Positions 47,018 through 56,681 of a stretch of 64,000 nt of DNA are shown here, in pieces. A program made the translations under genes and the position numbers. Position 1 is the stretch's first letter; every line of letters begins with the position of its first letter. The notes beneath the pieces were generated by a model. The model searched no databases. It saw only the letters and a list, made by a program, of their open reading frames with translations, and was not told the DNA's origin. Source of the stretch: Candidatus Sericytochromatia bacterium (GTDB taxonomy: Bacteria > Cyanobacteriota > Sericytochromatia > S15B-MN24 > VGJW01); contig JAYKHS010000003.1 in NCBI GenBank assembly GCA_035285865.1, positions 32,001 through 96,000 on the forward strand. Reading direction: 5' to 3'.

Positions 47018-49480
47018 ATGTTCGAACGCTTCACCGAGAAGGCGATCAAGGTCATCATGCTTGCCCAGGAGGAGGCCCGTCGGTTGGGCCACAACTTCGT
47101 GGGCACGGAGCAGATCCTCCTGGGTCTGATCGGGGAGGGCACCGGGGTCGCGGCCAAGACGCTCAAGAGCATGGGCGTCTCCTTGAAGGACGCCCGCATC
47201 GAGGTCGAGAAGATCATCGGCCGCGGATCGGGCTTCGTGGCCGTCGAAATCCCCTTCACTCCCCGTGCCAAGCGCGTGCTCGAACTGTCGTGGGATGAAG
47301 CCCGGCAACTCGGCCACAACTACATCGGCACGGAGCACCTGCTGCTCGGCTTGATCCGCGAGGGCGAGGGCGTGGCCGTCCGGGTGCTCGAGAATCTGGG
47401 AGTCGACCTCTCTCGTGTGCGCAGCAATGTCATCCGGCTGCTGGGCGAGTCCGGTGCGCCGGCAACCCAGGGTCAGCAGCGCTCCAAGACTCCGACACTC
47501 GACGAGTTCGGCGCGAACCTGACGCACATGGCCGAGGAGCATCGTCTCGATCCCGTGGTGGGCCGAGAGAAAGAAATCGAGCGTGTCATCCAGATCCTGG
47601 GCCGACGCTCTAAAAACAACCCGGTCCTGATCGGCGAACCCGGCGTGGGCAAGACAGCCATCGCCGAAGGTCTGGCCCTGCGCATCTCCAGTGGCGAAGT
47701 CCCCGACATCCTGTCCGAGAAGCGGGTGGTGACGCTCGACATCGGCAGTCTGGTCGCCGGAACGAAGTACCGGGGCGAGTTCGAGGAGCGCCTCAAGAAA
47801 ATCATGGAGGAGATCCGGGGAGCCGGAAACATCATCCTCGTCATCGACGAGCTGCACACCCTGATTGGGGCGGGTGCCGCCGAGGGCGCCGTCGATGCCG
47901 CCAACATCCTCAAGCCCGCCTTGGCGCGTGGCGAGCTGCAGTGCATCGGTGCGACGACGCTGGACGAGTACCGCAAGCACATCGAGCGAGATGCCGCGCT
48001 CGAAAGGCGCTTCCAGCCGGTCATGGTGGGCGAGCCGAGTGTGGATGAGACCATCGAGATCCTTCGCGGCCTGCGCGAGCGCTACGAGAGCCATCACAGG
48101 CTCACGATCTCGGATGAGGCCCTCGTGGCCTCGGCCAAGCTGGCCGACCGCTACATTTCCGACCGCTACTTGCCGGACAAGGCCATCGACCTGATGGACG
48201 AGGCGGCCTCGCGGGTCCGCCTGCGCTCGAGCAGCCTTCCCCCCAAGGCCAAGGAACTGGAGAAGGAGCTGCGTCAGTACACCAAGGAAAAAGAGCAGCA
48301 CATCCGCAACCAGGAGTTCGAGAAGGCCAGCCAGGTTCGCGATCAGGAGCAGGCACTGCGCGAGCGCATCAAGGAGATGGCGGCCGAGTGGCGCCAGGAG
48401 CGTGGCGACGTGGCAGCGCCCGTCGTCGACGAGGAGGAAATCGCAGCCATCGTGGCCTCGTGGACGGGCATTCCCGTCTCGAAGATCACCGAGGGCGAGA
48501 CCGAGAAGCTCCTGAAGATGGAAGAGGTCATGCACGAACGGGTCATCGGCCAGCACGAGGCCATCGAGATGATCTGCAAGGCCGTCCGGCGCGCGCGCGT
48601 CGGCCTGAAGAACCCCAAGCGTCCGATCGGGTCGTTCATCTTCAGCGGCCCCACGGGCGTCGGCAAGACCGAAGTCGCCAAGGCGCTGTCCTCCTACTTC
48701 TTCGGGCAGGACGACGCCCTGATCCGCGTCGACATGTCCGAGTACATGGAGAAGCATGCCGTCTCCAAGATGATCGGCTCGCCTCCCGGCTACGTCGGCT
48801 ACAACGAAGGCGGCCAACTGACTGAGGCCGTCCGGCGCAAGCCCTACAGCGTGGTGCTCTTCGACGAAATCGAGAAGGCGCATCCCGACGCGTTCAACAT
48901 CCTGCTCCAGATTCTGGAGGATGGCCGCCTGACGGATGCCAAGGGCCGCACGGTGGATTTCAAGAACACCATCGTCATCCTGACGTCCAACATCGGGGCG
49001 CGGGCCATCGAGAAGGGTTCCTCGCTGGGCTTCCAGACCGGCGGCGCCGACCAGCGCTACGGCAAGATGAAGGACCTGGTGATGGACGAACTCAAGCAGG
49101 CCTTCCGGCCCGAGTTCCTCAACCGCATCGACGAAATCATCGTGTTCCACCCGCTGACGAAGCCCGAAGTGGCCCAGATCGCGGATGTGATGATGAAGGA
49201 GGTCTACGCCCGGATGAAGGAGAACGAGTTCACGCTCGAGATCAATTCCGAGGTCAAGGACAAGCTCGTCGACGAAGGCTACAACCCGTCCTACGGGGCT
49301 CGCCCCCTGCGTCGCGCCATCCAGAGACTTGTCGAGGACCCTCTGGCCGAGGACATCCTCTCCGGTGCCGTGCGCAAGGAAGGTGTCGTCGAGGCCTATC
49401 TCGACGAGGGCAAGGTCCGCTTCCGCAACCGCGAACTGGTGGCAGCCACGCCGCCTGCCAGCGAGGATTCGGCGGGCTGA
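47018..49480 (+). CDS. clpC: ATP-dependent Clp protease ATP-binding subunit ClpC
   Basis: Two ClpN repeats, [11 protein letters not shown] middle domain, [11 protein letters not shown] ClpP-binding loop. Confidence 0.97.
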   Translation: MFERFTEKAIKVIMLAQEEARRLGHNFVGTEQILLGLIGEGTGVAAKTLKSMGVSLKDARIEVEKIIGRGSGFVAVEIPFTPRAKRVLELSWDEARQLGHNYIGTEHLLLGLIREGEGVAVRVLENLGVDLSRVRSNVIRLLGESGAPATQGQQRSKTPTLDEFGANLTHMAEEHRLDPVVGREKEIERVIQILGRRSKNNPVLIGEPGVGKTAIAEGLALRISSGEVPDILSEKRVVTLDIGSLVAGTKYRGEFEERLKKIMEEIRGAGNIILVIDELHTLIGAGAAEGAVDAANILKPALARGELQCIGATTLDEYRKHIERDAALERRFQPVMVGEPSVDETIEILRGLRERYESHHRLTISDEALVASAKLADRYISDRYLPDKAIDLMDEAASRVRLRSSSLPPKAKELEKELRQYTKEKEQHIRNQEFEKASQVRDQEQALRERIKEMAAEWRQERGDVAAPVVDEEEIAAIVASWTGIPVSKITEGETEKLLKMEEVMHERVIGQHEAIEMICKAVRRARVGLKNPKRPIGSFIFSGPTGVGKTEVAKALSSYFFGQDDALIRVDMSEYMEKHAVSKMIGSPPGYVGYNEGGQLTEAVRRKPYSVVLFDEIEKAHPDAFNILLQILEDGRLTDAKGRTVDFKNTIVILTSNIGARAIEKGSSLGFQTGGADQRYGKMKDLVMDELKQAFRPEFLNRIDEIIVFHPLTKPEVAQIADVMMKEVYARMKENEFTLEINSEVKDKLVDEGYNPSYGARPLRRAIQRLVEDPLAEDILSGAVRKEGVVEAYLDEGKVRFRNRELVAATPPASEDSAG

Positions 49481-49508
49481 CCGAACGGGTCGACTGGCGA
49501 AGGTCGGC

Positions 49509-49550
49509 AAGACGCGGGTGAACCCTTTCCGGGTTCACCCGCGTCTTTCT
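49509..49550. terminator. Intrinsic terminator after clpC
   Basis: AAGACGCGGGTGAACCC-TTTCC-GGGTTCACCCGCGTCTT 17-bp stem. Confidence 0.8.
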
Positions 49551-49591
49551 GCCGCGCCCGTGCGTCAGCCGAGGCCGCCCGACGGCTCGAC

Positions 49592-50368
49592 TCAGCGCCT
49601 GCGGCGCGTGGTCTCGAAGAGACAGACAGCAGCCGCGGCTGCGGCATTGAGCGACTCGGCCCGACCGGTCATGGGGATGTGCACCCGCAGGTCGGCCGCT
49701 TCGAGGGCCTCAGCCGACAAGCCCGTACCCTCCCGCCCGATCCACCAGCAGACCGGACCGTCAAGGTCGGCGTCCCAGAGCGGCTGCGCACGCTCGAGGG
49801 TGGTCGCGACCCACCTCATCCCCGCGGCACGCGTCGCTGCACAGCAGGCCAGCATGTCCGGCACACGGACCATCCGGACGTGGAAAACCGAACCCATGCT
49901 GGCCCGGACCACCTTGGGCTGGAAAGGGTCCGCACAGCCCGGCCCCAGCACGACCGTGGTCACGCCTGCTGCATCCGCCGTCCGCAGCAGAGCGCCGACG
50001 TTGCCCGGATCCTGCAAGCCATCGAGCGCCAGCCACACGGCGTCGGGCTCGACCCGCGGCAATGGCTCCGCCCGGGGCAGCTCCACGACAGCCAGAAGAC
50101 CTTCTGGATGCTCCAGAGCGCTCATCACCCCGAAGACGTGGGGCGCGACGACGGTGACCCGGTCCTGCCACTCCTCCGGGACCAGGGCCAGGCGCTCCTC
50201 GAGGACGTAGACCTCACGCACGCCCCACCCACGTGCCCGCAGCACCTCCACCAGACGGGTCCCCTCGACGAGAAAAGCCCCCTCCTCGCGTCGCCCCTTG
50301 GCCTCATGCAGGCGCCGCACGCGCTTGACGCGGGGATTCTGCACGCTCGTCAACACCGACCCATTCAC
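49592..50368 (-). CDS. TrmH/SpoU RNA methyltransferase
   Basis: QDPGNVGALLRTA, RASMGS, GREGTGL, IPMTGRAESLNAA. Confidence 0.93.
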   Translation of the reverse strand: MNGSVLTSVQNPRVKRVRRLHEAKGRREEGAFLVEGTRLVEVLRARGWGVREVYVLEERLALVPEEWQDRVTVVAPHVFGVMSALEHPEGLLAVVELPRAEPLPRVEPDAVWLALDGLQDPGNVGALLRTADAAGVTTVVLGPGCADPFQPKVVRASMGSVFHVRMVRVPDMLACCAATRAAGMRWVATTLERAQPLWDADLDGPVCWWIGREGTGLSAEALEAADLRVHIPMTGRAESLNAAAAAAVCLFETTRRRR

Positions 50369-50697
50369 CTCGTCATCGTAGCAGCACGCAGCGCCGACCG
50401 TGCCTCGGCCACGTCGCGGTGAACACGGGCCACCCTGGGCAGACCGAGCAGATCGGCCACACCCCGGACCTCCGGACGAAATCCGCAGAGCCAGAGGTCG
50501 CCCCCAGTCTCGCGAAAGGCACCCGACTCCGCGACCAGCACCCCGAAGCCCGCACTACCCACGAACGACACGCCGCCCAGATCCACGATCACATGGGTCT
50601 CGCCGGCATGCCGCAAGGCTTCCAGCGCCTCGGCCAGGCGTGCAGAGGCACCGGCATCGAGATCGCCCGCCCACTCCAGCACCGTCCCGATGTCCAT
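50365..50697 (-). CDS. STAS-domain anti-sigma factor antagonist
   Basis: GDLDA, IVDLGGVSFVGSAGFGVL with the phosphorylatable Ser. Confidence 0.85.
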   Translation of the reverse strand: MDIGTVLEWAGDLDAGASARLAEALEALRHAGETHVIVDLGGVSFVGSAGFGVLVAESGAFRETGGDLWLCGFRPEVRGVADLLGLPRVARVHRDVAEARSALRAATMTR

Positions 50698-50809
50698 GCC
50701 CCCATCGTGGCGCATCCTCCCGACGGAAGGCCAGAGGTAACGGTCCGATTTCACGGCGCGGACATCACGGCGCAGGGTCCTCGTCACGCCACCGGGGCTT
50801 CAGAGGATC

Positions 50810-52957
50810 ATGCGGCACGCGACGGCAAGGGGCCTGATCCTGCTGGGCCTCGCCCTGCAAGCCATCCTCGCCATGCAGACGTGGCAGGCCGCCCCTTTCG
50901 AGGGCTACCTGCTGGAGCGCCATCGCATTGTCTCGGCACTGCATGACCCCGCCTGGCCGGCCTTTCGTGCCGGCTTGCGGTCCGGGGACGTCGTGCTGGG
51001 AAGAAGTCGCCTGGCGGACGGGCGCGTCGCCGTGGCGGTCCGGACGCGCGCCGCCACCCGCGAAGTGACCTTTGCCCCCGCTGCCTTTCCGGCCTACGCG
51101 CGATGGCGCTTCCTGCTGCCCTGGCTGATGCTGGGCCTGCTGCTGGGCAGCCTCGGCATCGCCATCGTTCGGGTTCGTCCGGATCACGTCGGAGCCTTGG
51201 CCCTTGCCGACTTCACCTGGGTCGTGGCCATCTTCGCGCTCACCAATCTGGAAAGTGTCACGACCCAACAGACCTGGCTCATCAACCAACTCGCCCTGGG
51301 AGCCACGCCAGCGCTCGCCTTCACCCTCGCCCGCACCTTGACGGCCCGGCAGCCAGCCGAGCAGCAGGCATCCGGACGCACGGCACGCGGTCTCACGCTC
51401 GCCGGCATGCTGCTCGCGGCCGCCGGTGGCGCGAGCGAGGCTTCAGCCAGCATCATCTACCCGGCGATCATCTCCGCTGCCTGTGTCGGCCTCCTTGCCA
51501 TCCCGATCATGTCGCTCCACCGAGCCCTCGATCGGAGGAGCACGCGGCACGCGCGGCGTCGTGCCGCGACATGGGCTGCGGGAACCGGACTGGCTCTGCT
51601 GCCGTTGCTGGGCAACGGGGCGGGTGGCTTCATCGGGGGCGGCATGCCCGCAGGCATCCTCGCCACGATGCTACTCTTCCCCGTGACACTGGGTGTGCTG
51701 CTGGCCCGGGACCAACTCTTCGACATCGACCTCCGCGGCCGACGCGTCATCGCCTACGTGCTTGCCACCGCCGCTCTGACAAGCCTGCACGCCCTGGCAG
51801 TGTCGCTCGTCGCGACGCCCGTCCGTAACGGGGGGCACGCGTGGGCGACAGGCGCCGGGGGGCTTGCTGTCGCCGTGGGCATCGCCCCGCTCGCCCGCCT
51901 GCTCAGGAGTCTGCTGGACCGATTTTTCGACCAGGTTCCGTATGACCCGCCCGAAACCTTGTCCCGCTTCCACGCCGAGGCCAGGCGCTGTCCCGACCCC
52001 GGATCCCTGGATCGCCTGCGTGCGCATGTCTTGAACACGACGGTGGCCCCGATCGAGATACCTCCGGCACGAGCGGCCGCAATCCGGTCGGCAGGCGGGC
52101 TGCCTCCGCGCGTGTCCGGACAGCCCTGGGGGCCGCGAGACCTGCGATTCCTTCAGGAGCTGGACAATGCCCACGCACTTTGGCACGAGCACCTGGCTCT
52201 GGTCGCGGCCCACGTCCGCGAGGAACGGGTCGCGCGCGAACTGACCCTGGCACGTCAGTTGCAGCGCGCGTGGCTCGGCCGTCCCCCGCCGCCGGACCAG
52301 GCCCTCGATCTGGCCATCCGCTGCCTGCCGGCGCTGGAGGTCGGGGGAGACTTCGCGGAGGTCCACCGTCGGGCCGACGGCCGATGGCTGATTGCGCTTG
52401 GCGACGTCTCGGGCAAGGGCGTACCGGCGGCCCTGCTGATGGCCGCGACGCTGGCTCTGCTGCGCGCGCGCCTCGAAGGCGACGAAGGGCCGGCCGAGAT
52501 GCTTCGGGAACTGGGCAGCCTGCTGCACCGCCAACGTCCCTCCCCGGCCATGTTCGTGACGTTGTCTCTCGCCCTGTTCGACAGCACGAGCGGTGAGTTG
52601 CGCACGGCATCTGCCGGACAACGCGAGCCGTGGATCGGGGCGATGCCACCGGGCGCCTCCGGCGCTGCCCTCGGTTGGTTCGCGGACGAACGTCCTCCGG
52701 AGCACCGCCACATGTTGCAACCGGGCACCAGAGTCCTCTGGGCAACGGACGGACTCGAGGACGGCCTTGGCCACCTGGGCTGCCCCGCCCCTGATCGCGT
52801 CGGGAAAGTATGGACTCGGCTCACGGATGCAACCTCGGAGGATCTGGCCGAGCGCCTGGTCGCCGCAACGCGCGGAGCGCAAGGGCCGACGCCCCCCGAC
52901 GACCTTACACTCGTAGTGCTGAGATGGCGCCCCGTCTCCGCCCTTCCTCCCGCATGA
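50810..52957 (+). CDS. Membrane-bound SpoIIE/PP2C (RsbU-like) phosphatase with PDZ-like segment
   Basis: PAFRAGLRSGD; many TM helices; EVGGDF, GDVSGKGVPAALLM, TDGL, DDLT. Confidence 0.85.
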   Translation: MRHATARGLILLGLALQAILAMQTWQAAPFEGYLLERHRIVSALHDPAWPAFRAGLRSGDVVLGRSRLADGRVAVAVRTRAATREVTFAPAAFPAYARWRFLLPWLMLGLLLGSLGIAIVRVRPDHVGALALADFTWVVAIFALTNLESVTTQQTWLINQLALGATPALAFTLARTLTARQPAEQQASGRTARGLTLAGMLLAAAGGASEASASIIYPAIISAACVGLLAIPIMSLHRALDRRSTRHARRRAATWAAGTGLALLPLLGNGAGGFIGGGMPAGILATMLLFPVTLGVLLARDQLFDIDLRGRRVIAYVLATAALTSLHALAVSLVATPVRNGGHAWATGAGGLAVAVGIAPLARLLRSLLDRFFDQVPYDPPETLSRFHAEARRCPDPGSLDRLRAHVLNTTVAPIEIPPARAAAIRSAGGLPPRVSGQPWGPRDLRFLQELDNAHALWHEHLALVAAHVREERVARELTLARQLQRAWLGRPPPPDQALDLAIRCLPALEVGGDFAEVHRRADGRWLIALGDVSGKGVPAALLMAATLALLRARLEGDEGPAEMLRELGSLLHRQRPSPAMFVTLSLALFDSTSGELRTASAGQREPWIGAMPPGASGAALGWFADERPPEHRHMLQPGTRVLWATDGLEDGLGHLGCPAPDRVGKVWTRLTDATSEDLAERLVAATRGAQGPTPPDDLTLVVLRWRPVSALPPA

Positions 52958-53942
52958 GCCAGCCCGCTGCCACGCCGTGGCCAGGGGGAAGTCCGAGGCT
53001 TCGCTCGAGATCGCCGCCGCATCGCCGGTTCAGGACCGAGAGGGCCGGACGCGCGAGGGCCATGCCACCGAGCCCGCAGACCCATACCACGTCACCGGAA
53101 TGTCCCAGAGGCCGCCAGGCACGCACCAGTTTGCGTACGGCCCCCCGCACGATGGCATGCGCCAGGGACGCGAAGGGGTCGGAAAGTCCCGGAAAAGCGC
53201 GCAGCATCGCCGGCGGATCGAGGGCCAAGGCAGCCGCGAGCTCCACCGCCAGATCGCGACGTTCCGCGAGGCTCGGCTTGGGCAGGGGTGACAGGCCCAG
53301 CCACCGGGTGGCTGCGCGGATGCGGGCATGACGTGGGACCACGGGCCAGCGGCGGAATCGGCCCAGGACGGCATCGACGGGCGTGTCAAGTAGACCGATC
53401 CAACTCAGACGGCCATCGCGTAGACGCTCGAGAGCGGCACCCGACGCCTCGGTTGCCGGCCCCGGCGAAACCCACTCTGCAGAAGATGCGCCCAAGTCGA
53501 CCACCGCCGAATCTTCCGCCCCCGGAATGGCCCCCGCCAGGGCACGCAGGCCCGGGGCACGCGGCACGGCGAATCGGGTAGCGGGCAAGCCGGAGGCGCA
53601 GGCAGCCCTGACGGGCCAACCACAGCCGTCCACCGAGGCCAGCCGCAGCGGCCAGCGCAACATCCCCTCGAGGCGCCCCATGCCCTCGAGCGTTTCCCGA
53701 TGGCCGCCGAAACGATCCTGACATGCAAGGACCAGCAAGATCTCGGGAAACGACAGGGGCGCGACAAGGGTGTGTACCGCTGCCGCAAGGAGACGTGCGG
53801 GATCACCGGCCCCCTGCCACGACGCGGTACCGTGCGGCAAGGTACCGTGCTGCATGGCACCCTCCCGCCACACCGCACGCACGGCGTGCCGGCCGACCTC
53901 GACCACCACGGGCCGCGAGCCGAGGGCGACAGACAGCGTCAT
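52905..53942 (-). CDS. Divergent hydantoinase A/MfnF-like ASKHA-fold protein
   Basis: VVEVGRHAVR, VVDLGASSAEWV, LERLRDGRLSWIGLLDTPV, VCGLG resemble D.GG / DIGSTTTD / LERL..GELVY.G.LRTPV / .GLG of the MfnF family. Confidence 0.5.
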   Translation of the reverse strand: MTLSVALGSRPVVVEVGRHAVRAVWREGAMQHGTLPHGTASWQGAGDPARLLAAAVHTLVAPLSFPEILLVLACQDRFGGHRETLEGMGRLEGMLRWPLRLASVDGCGWPVRAACASGLPATRFAVPRAPGLRALAGAIPGAEDSAVVDLGASSAEWVSPGPATEASGAALERLRDGRLSWIGLLDTPVDAVLGRFRRWPVVPRHARIRAATRWLGLSPLPKPSLAERRDLAVELAAALALDPPAMLRAFPGLSDPFASLAHAIVRGAVRKLVRAWRPLGHSGDVVWVCGLGGMALARPALSVLNRRCGGDLERSLGLPPGHGVAAGWLMREEGRRRGAISALRV

Positions 53943-54958
53943 CCGGCTTGCGCGAAATCAGGCAGGCTGCAGTCGGGATCCCGGAGGCCCCAGTCGCCGA
54001 GCCGCGCCATTGCCATGGCCCGACTGCCGCCCTGACATCGTTCCGTGTAGGGACAACCTCCGCACGATTCTTCGGGGCGCCACGCCCGCAGGGCGCGCAT
54101 CAGGGGGTGTCCCCATGCCTCCCTGGGGCCCATCCTGCCGGCCCTGCCAAGCACAACGGGCATCCGACGGGAGACCAGCCAGGAACCGTCCGCATCGATG
54201 GCGAGGATGTCCCGACCCTCCTCGGACCGCCATGGGGCACCTTCGATCGATGCCTGAGAACGCGCGAAGGGGGCATCCCTCCAGACCAGACGGATGCCCT
54301 CGGGATCATCAAGGGCCTCGCACTGTGCATGCCAGACGGCATCCGGCAGAATCGTGGTCTGTCCGGCGGGCCAGCGCCCGAGCGGCAGCACCCGCGAGAA
54401 GGCGATGCCGCAGACGTCCCAGGCCCTGGCGAGGGCAAGCCAGTCAGCCGGGGAAGCCAGTGGTCCCGCGCCCACCGTCACCTTGAGCCAGACCTCGATC
54501 CCCGCACGCCGCATGGTGGCCACGCCCCGGGCCGTGCGCGCGAAGGTCCCGGAACCACGCACGGACTCATGGCCCTCGGCGTCAGGGGCCTCGAGCGAGA
54601 CCTGCGCGAAGGACAGGCCGCGCGCGACAAGGCGTTCGATGCGCTCCGGGGTTGCGAGGATGGCATTGGTGTTGAGGCGAACACCTGCGCCGGCGCGAAC
54701 GGCAGCGTGGACCAGATCGGCAAGGTCACGCGCCAGCAAGGGCTCGCCTCCCGTCAGGACGACCACCGGGGGCCGCCCCAAAAGGGAGGCAAAGGCCACC
54801 CACGCCGCGACGAGGCCCGCCTGGCCAAGCAGCCCCCACTCGTCCGGCAACCGGCCGGGCTCCGTCCTGTAGCAATGGCGGCAGTGGAGGTTGCAGGCAT
54901 TGGTCGGAGCCAGTTGCAACACCAGGGGTCTCAACAGCCGATGCCCCAGCCAGCCCAC
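53939..54958 (-). CDS. Radical SAM/SPASM-domain protein
   Basis: CNLHCRHC, LTGGEPLL, NTNA, QVSLE; C-terminal CGGCPYTERC...DPDC. Alternative TTG start at 54934. Confidence 0.9.
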   Translation of the reverse strand: MGWLGHRLLRPLVLQLAPTNACNLHCRHCYRTEPGRLPDEWGLLGQAGLVAAWVAFASLLGRPPVVVLTGGEPLLARDLADLVHAAVRAGAGVRLNTNAILATPERIERLVARGLSFAQVSLEAPDAEGHESVRGSGTFARTARGVATMRRAGIEVWLKVTVGAGPLASPADWLALARAWDVCGIAFSRVLPLGRWPAGQTTILPDAVWHAQCEALDDPEGIRLVWRDAPFARSQASIEGAPWRSEEGRDILAIDADGSWLVSRRMPVVLGRAGRMGPREAWGHPLMRALRAWRPEESCGGCPYTERCQGGSRAMAMARLGDWGLRDPDCSLPDFAQAG

Positions 54959-55167
54959 GGCCTCCCTTGGGCCGCACGCACCTCGAGCAGACCGCCATGC
55001 AGCAGCAGGCTGCGCAGCACGGCCACGCCATCAGGCGACATACCGACCGCAAGCCGCGCAAGGGCCCCGTCGAGATCCTCCCTGAGCGCGTCCCACCAAT
55101 CGGGCTCGCAGGCGAACTGCTCCAGCCACGCCGCGACGTCTCGATCCCCGTTGACGACCTGTTCCAC
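54931..55167 (-). CDS. 78-aa protein, NHLP-leader-like candidate RiPP precursor
   Basis: GGGAGG RBS before GTG; helical pattern WLEQFACEPDWWDALREDLDGALARLAVGMSPDGVAVLRSL; tail PWAGWGIGC. Confidence 0.55.
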   Translation of the reverse strand: MEQVVNGDRDVAAWLEQFACEPDWWDALREDLDGALARLAVGMSPDGVAVLRSLLLHGGLLEVRAAQGRPWAGWGIGC

Positions 55168-55315
55168 GAATCCGTCCTCCCGAGCCCATCGTGGCGCTTC
55201 GGAGAGCCTTCGGGAAGCAGTCCCGGCAAGGCTTCACGGACGAGAGAACAGCCGGTGTCCCGCACGCAACACACCGCGAGGCCATGAACCCGACATGCCT
55301 GACTCGAGATTCGGG

Positions 55316-56635
55316 ATGCGGGGTGTCCTGCCCGCGTGGACCCTGTTGCTGGCGGCGTGCGGAACACGCGTGACCATCCCTGCGGCGGCGACCGCCGAGC
55401 ATTGGTTGGTCCTGGTGGAGCCGGGCAAGCAGGGCGAACGCACCTTGAGCACCCTGAGTGAACAAGGCTGGCAGACGCGCTCCTGGACCGGAGTTCCAGG
55501 CCTCGCGCGCATCTACGGAAGCGGTGAACCGCGGGTGCCGGGCATTCAGGGTGCGTGGCGAGATACCAACCACCCGGTGGACACCGGCCATCCGGGAACC
55601 TCACGAAGTCTGGCAGGGCTCGGGCAGAACACCACGGACGAAGTCGGACGTCCGTCCGGCATCCCGTGGAACCTGAAGCTGATTCGCGCCCCGGAAGCGT
55701 GGCGGCAAGGACTGCTCGGACGAACGGCGATCGTGGCCGTCGTGGACAGCGGCCTCGATCCCGGCCATCCCGCCTTCGCGGGTGCAGTCGACTGGCAACG
55801 CTCCCACAACCTCGTCCAGGACGAGCCCTTCACGGACCTGAATGGCCACGGCACCCACGTGACCGGCATCATCGGGGCCCGACCGGACGCACGAGGCAGC
55901 ACGGGCGTTGCCCCGGCCTGCACGCTGCGCATCGTGAAAGTGCTCGACCGTCGCGGCTACGGCCACGACCATCTGGTGATGGAGGGTGTCCTGCTGGCCG
56001 CGCGCGAGGGCGCGGAAATCATCAACGTCAGCATCGGGACCCGACTGCCGTGGGGCAGTTCCGAAGCGGGGGCACTGGCCCTCGCGTGGGACCGCACCCT
56101 GCGCGAGGCCGCGCGACTCGGCTCCTTGGTCGTGACAGGAACCGGCAACGACGGCGAGGAAGAACGGACAAGCGGCTGGACCCACCTGCCGGCGGCCAGC
56201 CCATGGGCTTTCGTGGCGACAGCCTGCGGACCGATCGGTGGAGTCCGTCCCGATCGACTGGCTTCCTGGGCAAACAGGGGCCCGGGACTCGCCGAGGTAA
56301 TGGCCCCCGGGGGCGGGCTCGAGACAGATGCGCAGGGCATGCCCCGCCTGAGGCATCCGGACGACCTCGTCTGGTCGACGTGGAGCCGGGACGCGGATCC
56401 GGCGCGCACCTGGCAAGGCTGGGCAGGAACCAGCATGGCCGCAGCCCACGCCTCCGGAGTCGCCGCCCTCGCCCGTCAGGCGCGCGCGGACCTCAAGGGT
56501 TCGGCCCTCGGCGACTGGATCCGGGCCACGGCCACGGAGGTCGCGTCCTCGGCCGTGCCTTTGCTGCGCGCCGACAGGTTGGCGTCGGGCGTCCAACAAC
56601 CCCGGGGGCTGCCCGGGGCCCCGGAATCGGACTGA
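55316..56635 (+). CDS. S8 subtilisin-like serine protease, lipoprotein
   Basis: LAAC lipobox; VVDSG, HGTHVTG, GTGN, GTSMAA. The 970-aa ORF in the track is over-extended. Confidence 0.9.
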   Translation: MRGVLPAWTLLLAACGTRVTIPAAATAEHWLVLVEPGKQGERTLSTLSEQGWQTRSWTGVPGLARIYGSGEPRVPGIQGAWRDTNHPVDTGHPGTSRSLAGLGQNTTDEVGRPSGIPWNLKLIRAPEAWRQGLLGRTAIVAVVDSGLDPGHPAFAGAVDWQRSHNLVQDEPFTDLNGHGTHVTGIIGARPDARGSTGVAPACTLRIVKVLDRRGYGHDHLVMEGVLLAAREGAEIINVSIGTRLPWGSSEAGALALAWDRTLREAARLGSLVVTGTGNDGEEERTSGWTHLPAASPWAFVATACGPIGGVRPDRLASWANRGPGLAEVMAPGGGLETDAQGMPRLRHPDDLVWSTWSRDADPARTWQGWAGTSMAAAHASGVAALARQARADLKGSALGDWIRATATEVASSAVPLLRADRLASGVQQPRGLPGAPESD

Positions 56636-56681
56636 CTTTCAGGACGGCCCATCGCCCTAAAAGTCAGCTGTCCAGGCGCGT

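Noticed and set aside
4138..49510. Long antisense ORFs (e.g. 4138-5898, 16396-18606, 36339-38204, 40319-43414, 46847-49510)
   Set aside because: Shadows of well-conserved genes on the opposite strand, expected in high-GC DNA; no family motifs.
53723..55315. Apparent 970-aa S8 protease with a long N-terminal extension
   Set aside because: The extension is antisense to the rSAM operon. The lipoprotein signal at ATG 55316 marks the real start.
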